Origin: Cereibacter sphaeroides 2.4.1
GTDB lineage: Bacteria; Pseudomonadota; Alphaproteobacteria; Rhodobacterales; Rhodobacteraceae
NCBI RefSeq assembly: GCF_000012905.2
Contig: NC_007493.2
Coordinates: 3,030,001-3,062,000, forward strand
Direction of reading: 5' to 3'
Length of the DNA stretch: 32,000 bases
The notes below the pieces were generated by a model. It searched no databases. It saw only the letters and a program-made list of their open reading frames with translations, and was not told the origin of the DNA. Numbering within the stretch: the stretch's first letter is position 1; each line of letters opens with the position of its first letter. Shown here piece by piece: positions 28,897-32,000 of this stretch. The position numbers and the translations under genes are program-made.

Positions 28897-29142
28897 GGCA
28901 GTCTCCACGGCGGGCAAGGGCCCTGAGGTTGAGTCGCCGCAACGCAAAACATTGGAAGCCCGGTTTTTCAAGCAATAATGTTGCGCTGGACGCCGGATGT
29001 TGCCCTTCCCGGCCGCCTTCGGCGGCAGCGTGGCTTCTGCGGCACGAAGCGGAGGCAGATGGCGCCACATTGGCCCATGGACGGCGCACCGGTTTCGGTG
29101 TCATCTCGAGCCGCCCGCGCACCGCCGGGGCAGGGAGAGGTG

Positions 29143-29667
29143 ATGGAGCAGGATGATCCCTCGGGCGAATGGCCCCTGATCGCGGCCCTGCCGGTCCGGC
29201 AGGACGTGCCGGTCGATGCGCTTCTGGCCGATGTGGCGGCGCAGCTTGCCGCCGAAGGTCTGCGCACGGCGGGCTTCCTGCAGCGCGACGGTGTCCGGCT
29301 CGAGGATCTGACCTCGGGCGCGCTCTATCCGATCACGCAGGATCTGGGCCCCGGGTCGAGCGGCTGCAGGCTCGATCCCGCAGGGTTGGCCCTCGCCGCC
29401 GCCGCCGGTCTCGCGGCGCTGGAGCGGGGGGCCGATCTTCTGGTGATCCCCCGCTTCGGCAAGGCCGAGATCGAGGGCGAGGGGATGCGCGGCGTGATCG
29501 GCCGGGCCTGCGAGCTGGGCGTGCCGACCCTCGTCGGCGTCCGCCAGAGCGCCGAGCCCGCGTGGGAGACCTTCGCGGGCGGGTTGGCGGAGTGGATCGC
29601 GCCCGAGCGGCAGGCGGTGGCGGGCTGGTGCCGCACCGCCTGCGCGCCGGTCAGATGTCGAACCTGA
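29143..29667 (+). CDS. DUF2478-like protein of unknown function (174 aa)
   Basis: This is the in-frame part of ORF 28978..29667, starting at MEQDDPSGEW (ATG 29143, GGGAG 5 nt upstream). The pattern ...AG(F/L)(L/V)Q...DL.SG....I.QDLG.GS.GCRLD......DLL(V/I)..(R/K)FGK.E.EG.G(M/L)R..I......G(V/I)P.L.GV....AW..FAGG matches my recollection of the DUF2478 family. Its last 17 nt overlap the convergent dehydrogenase gene. Confidence 0.65.
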   Translation: MEQDDPSGEWPLIAALPVRQDVPVDALLADVAAQLAAEGLRTAGFLQRDGVRLEDLTSGALYPITQDLGPGSSGCRLDPAGLALAAAAGLAALERGADLLVIPRFGKAEIEGEGMRGVIGRACELGVPTLVGVRQSAEPAWETFAGGLAEWIAPERQAVAGWCRTACAPVRCRT

Positions 29668-31135
29668 CCCCCTGCGCCAGCGGCAGCGCCGCCGACCAGT
29701 TGATCGTGTTCGTCTGCCGCCGCATGTAGCCCCGCCAGGCGTCCGAGCCGCTTTCGCGGCCGCCGCCGGTGTCCTTCTCGCCGCCGAAGGCCCCGCCGAT
29801 CTCGGCGCCCGAGGGGCCGATGTTCACATTGGCGATCCCGCAGTCCGAGCCCGCCGCCGAGACGAAGGCCTCGGCCTCGCGCAGGTTCAGCGTGAAGATG
29901 CAGGAGGACAGGCCCTGTGGCACCGCATTCTGCAGCGCGATGGCCTCGTCCAGCGTCTCGTAGCCCATGACATAGAGGATCGGCGCGAAGGTCTCTTCGC
30001 AGACGACGCCGGTCTGGGCCGGCATCTCGACCAGCGCGGGCTGGATGTAGGCGCCGCCCGGCACGCCCTCGACCGGCTTGCCGCCATGGACGGTGCCGCC
30101 CTTGGCCCGCGCCCGGTCGAGCGCCGCCACCATCCGGTCGCGCGAGGCCGCGTCGATCAGCGGACCGACGAGGGTTCCGTCCGCGCGCGGATCGCCGATC
30201 TTCAGCGACGCGTAGGCCTTGACCAGCCGCCCCACCAGTTCCTCGCGCACCGAATGATGCACGATCAGCCGCCGGAGCGAGGTGCAGCGCTGGCCAGCGG
30301 TGCCCACGGCCGAGAAGACGATGGCGCGCACCGCCATGTCGAGATCGGCCGAGGGCGCCACGATCATCGCATTGTTGCCGCCGAGCTCGAGGATCGGGCG
30401 GCCGAAGCGGGCCGCTACCTTGGGCCCGACGATCCGCCCCATCCGGGTGGAACCCGTGGCCGAGACGATCGGCACCTCGGGCGAGAGCACCAGCGCCTCG
30501 CCGATCTCGGGCCCGCCCATCACCAGTTGCGCAAGCCCCTCGGGCGCGTCGCCGAAGCGGGCGAGCGCCCGGCCGAAGATCGCCATCGAGGCGAGCGCGG
30601 TGAGCGGCGTCTTCTCGGAGGGCTTCCAGATCACCGGATTGCCGCAGACGAGCGCCAGCGCCGCGTTCCACGACCAGACCGCCACCGGGAAGTTGAAGGC
30701 CGAGATGACCGCGCAAGGCCCCATCGGGTGCCAGGTCTCCATCATCCGGTGGCCCGGCCGCTCGGAGGCGATGGTCAGGCCGTAGAGCTGCCGCGACAGG
30801 CCCACCGCGAAATCGCAGATGTCGATCATCTCCTGCACTTCGCCCAGACCCTCGGAGGTGATCTTGCCCGCCTCGAGCGTCACGAGGGCGCCGAGCTCGG
30901 CCTTGGCCGCGCGCAGTTCCTCGCCGAAGAGCCGGACGAGTTCGCCCCGCCGGGGGGCGGGCACCTCGCGCCAGTGGCGGAAGGCCTCCTGCGCGCGGGC
31001 GATGAGGCCGGGCATGGCGGCGGGGTCTGTGGGGCGGACGCGGCCGATCTCGGCCCCGTCGATGGGCGAGAGGACGGACAGGCTGCCGCCGGTGGCTGCG
31101 TCCGCGATGCCGAGGGCGTGGAATAGGTCTGTCAT
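29651..31135 (-). CDS. ALDH7 (antiquitin)-type aldehyde dehydrogenase, probable alpha-aminoadipic semialdehyde / piperideine-6-carboxylate dehydrogenase
   Basis: This is the in-frame part of ORF 29651..31432, starting at MTDLFHALGIADA (ATG 31135, an ATGA overlap with the upstream gene). It is 494 aa. It has the catalytic motifs ELGGNN and AVGTAGQRCTSLRR. The C-terminus GSDCGIANVNIGPSGAEIGGAFGGEKDTGGGRESGSDAW..YMRRQT.TIN closely follows ALDH7-family sequences. Confidence 0.88.
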   Translation of the reverse strand: MTDLFHALGIADAATGGSLSVLSPIDGAEIGRVRPTDPAAMPGLIARAQEAFRHWREVPAPRRGELVRLFGEELRAAKAELGALVTLEAGKITSEGLGEVQEMIDICDFAVGLSRQLYGLTIASERPGHRMMETWHPMGPCAVISAFNFPVAVWSWNAALALVCGNPVIWKPSEKTPLTALASMAIFGRALARFGDAPEGLAQLVMGGPEIGEALVLSPEVPIVSATGSTRMGRIVGPKVAARFGRPILELGGNNAMIVAPSADLDMAVRAIVFSAVGTAGQRCTSLRRLIVHHSVREELVGRLVKAYASLKIGDPRADGTLVGPLIDAASRDRMVAALDRARAKGGTVHGGKPVEGVPGGAYIQPALVEMPAQTGVVCEETFAPILYVMGYETLDEAIALQNAVPQGLSSCIFTLNLREAEAFVSAAGSDCGIANVNIGPSGAEIGGAFGGEKDTGGGRESGSDAWRGYMRRQTNTINWSAALPLAQGVRFDI

Positions 31136-32000
31136 CTGGGTCCTCCTGTGACGTGCCCGCGCTGGTCCTCTCGCCCCAGTGCGATCAGCAGGGGGCTCTC
31201 GGCCTGACGGGTCTGGAAATCCTTGCGGTCCTTCATCCCGCGCCAGCCGGCGAGGATCAAGCTCTGCGCCACGGCCCCGCCCAGCGTGGTGCCGGGGCCG
31301 AGTACGACGAAGGCGTCGGGCGCGAATTCCCGCGCGGCGACCGCGATGGCGCGGGTGAAATCGTAGGGCTCCGTGACCTGATGGCCGAGCGTATAGGCCC
31401 GGAGCGCCGCCGCGTCGGTGGCTTTCGGCCACCAGACGGCGCCGCGCCCGTCGATGAGCGGCAGCCGCGGCTGACCGAACAGCGCCTCGGGCAGCGCCGC
31501 CTGTCCGCGCGCGGCGACCGGCGCCTGAAGGGCGGTGTGGAAGGCCGCGTGATTGGCAAGGCGCATCGGGAAGCGGCCCTGTTCGGGCGGCACTTCGGCC
31601 TCGAAATCGGCCAGACCTTCGGCATTGCCCGCCAGCACGAGCATCCCGCCGAGCGCGATGGAGAGGCCGAGGATGCGCCCCGGGCGGGCGTCGATCCCGG
31701 CCACCTGATCCAGCAGTTGCGCGCGGCGGGCAAGGTCGGGCCGCCAGTCCTCGCCCATGACCGGATGGACGATCTGGCCGCCGATCAGCGCCTCCTGCAT
31801 CAGCGTGCCCATCGTGTTGACGACCCGGAAGCCGTCTTCGGCCGAAAGGGCGCCGCCGCAGGCCAGCGCCGTATACCAGCCCATCGAATTGCCGGTGACG
31901 GCCACCACCTCGACGCCCGTGAGCGACAGGAAATCGGCGTAGCCCGCGGCATAGATCAGCGCCGAGGCATTGTCGCCCCGCGTGTGGCGCGCCACGGAAT
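31132..32000 (-). CDS. Acyltransferase-fold (FabD/MdcH-like) protein with an atypical GNSMG nucleophile motif. The 5' end lies outside the window.
   Basis: ORF 31132..31995 continues open to the window edge. VTGNSMGWYTALACGGALS aligns with the GHSLGEYSAL nucleophile elbow of malonyl-CoA:ACP transacylases, and NHAAFHTAL aligns with the conserved FHS histidine. The malonyl-selecting Arg appears to be absent. Confidence 0.6.
   Translation of the reverse strand, partial: SVARHTRGDNASALIYAAGYADFLSLTGVEVVAVTGNSMGWYTALACGGALSAEDGFRVVNTMGTLMQEALIGGQIVHPVMGEDWRPDLARRAQLLDQVAGIDARPGRILGLSIALGGMLVLAGNAEGLADFEAEVPPEQGRFPMRLANHAAFHTALQAPVAARGQAALPEALFGQPRLPLIDGRGAVWWPKATDAAALRAYTLGHQVTEPYDFTRAIAVAAREFAPDAFVVLGPGTTLGGAVAQSLILAGWRGMKDRKDFQTRQAESPLLIALGREDQRGHVTGGPR

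Noticed and set aside
28987-29003. Sigma-54-like TGGACG...TTGC motif in the PBP / DUF2478 divergent region
   Set aside because: The GG-to-GC spacing is 14 nt where the consensus is 12, and the -24 element is TGGAC, not TGGCAC. This does not fit an RpoN promoter.

Overview
High-GC alphaproteobacterial chromosomal window. Gene content and order match the Rhodobacter (Cereibacter) sphaeroides form I cbb region. Nearly all of it is explained by ordinary genes.

Blocks:
(1) 1-925: non-coding leader with a 91-bp tandem-repeat array directly upstream of kdp.
(2) 926-8727: K+ uptake operon. An extra 27-codon hydrophobic ORF, kdpF, kdpA, kdpB, kdpC, then kdpD and kdpE.
(3) 8756-14452: a general stress response (GSR) island. 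It holds a csbD-like gene, a HisKA_2 sensor kinase, ecfG and nepR, divergent phyR, a receiver-like protein lacking the acceptor Asp, an Fnr-like regulator with an incomplete Cys motif, and a secreted protein of unknown function. EcfG-type promoters (GGAAC-N16/17-xGTT) are readable in the intergenic DNA. One is a palindrome that gives a consensus promoter on both strands.
(4) 14675-24406: red-type form I Calvin-cycle operon cbbF-P-A-L-S-X-Y-Z plus a distal AGE-family gene, with divergent cbbR.
(5) 24411-28896: a five-gene Liv-type ABC importer.
(6) 29143-32000: a DUF2478-like protein, an ALDH7-type dehydrogenase and an atypical acyltransferase-fold gene that runs off the window.

No tRNA, rRNA, CRISPR array or mobile element was seen. 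I found no clear novel multi-gene system.

The items most worth follow-up are:
- the 91-bp repeat array;
- the extra small ORF in front of kdpF;
- the palindromic bidirectional EcfG promoter and the local EcfG regulon;
- a candidate small RNA with two C/U-rich loops at 14508-14620;
- the AGE-family gene appended to the cbb operon.

Many very long ORFs in the track are antisense or alternate-frame artefacts of the high GC content.
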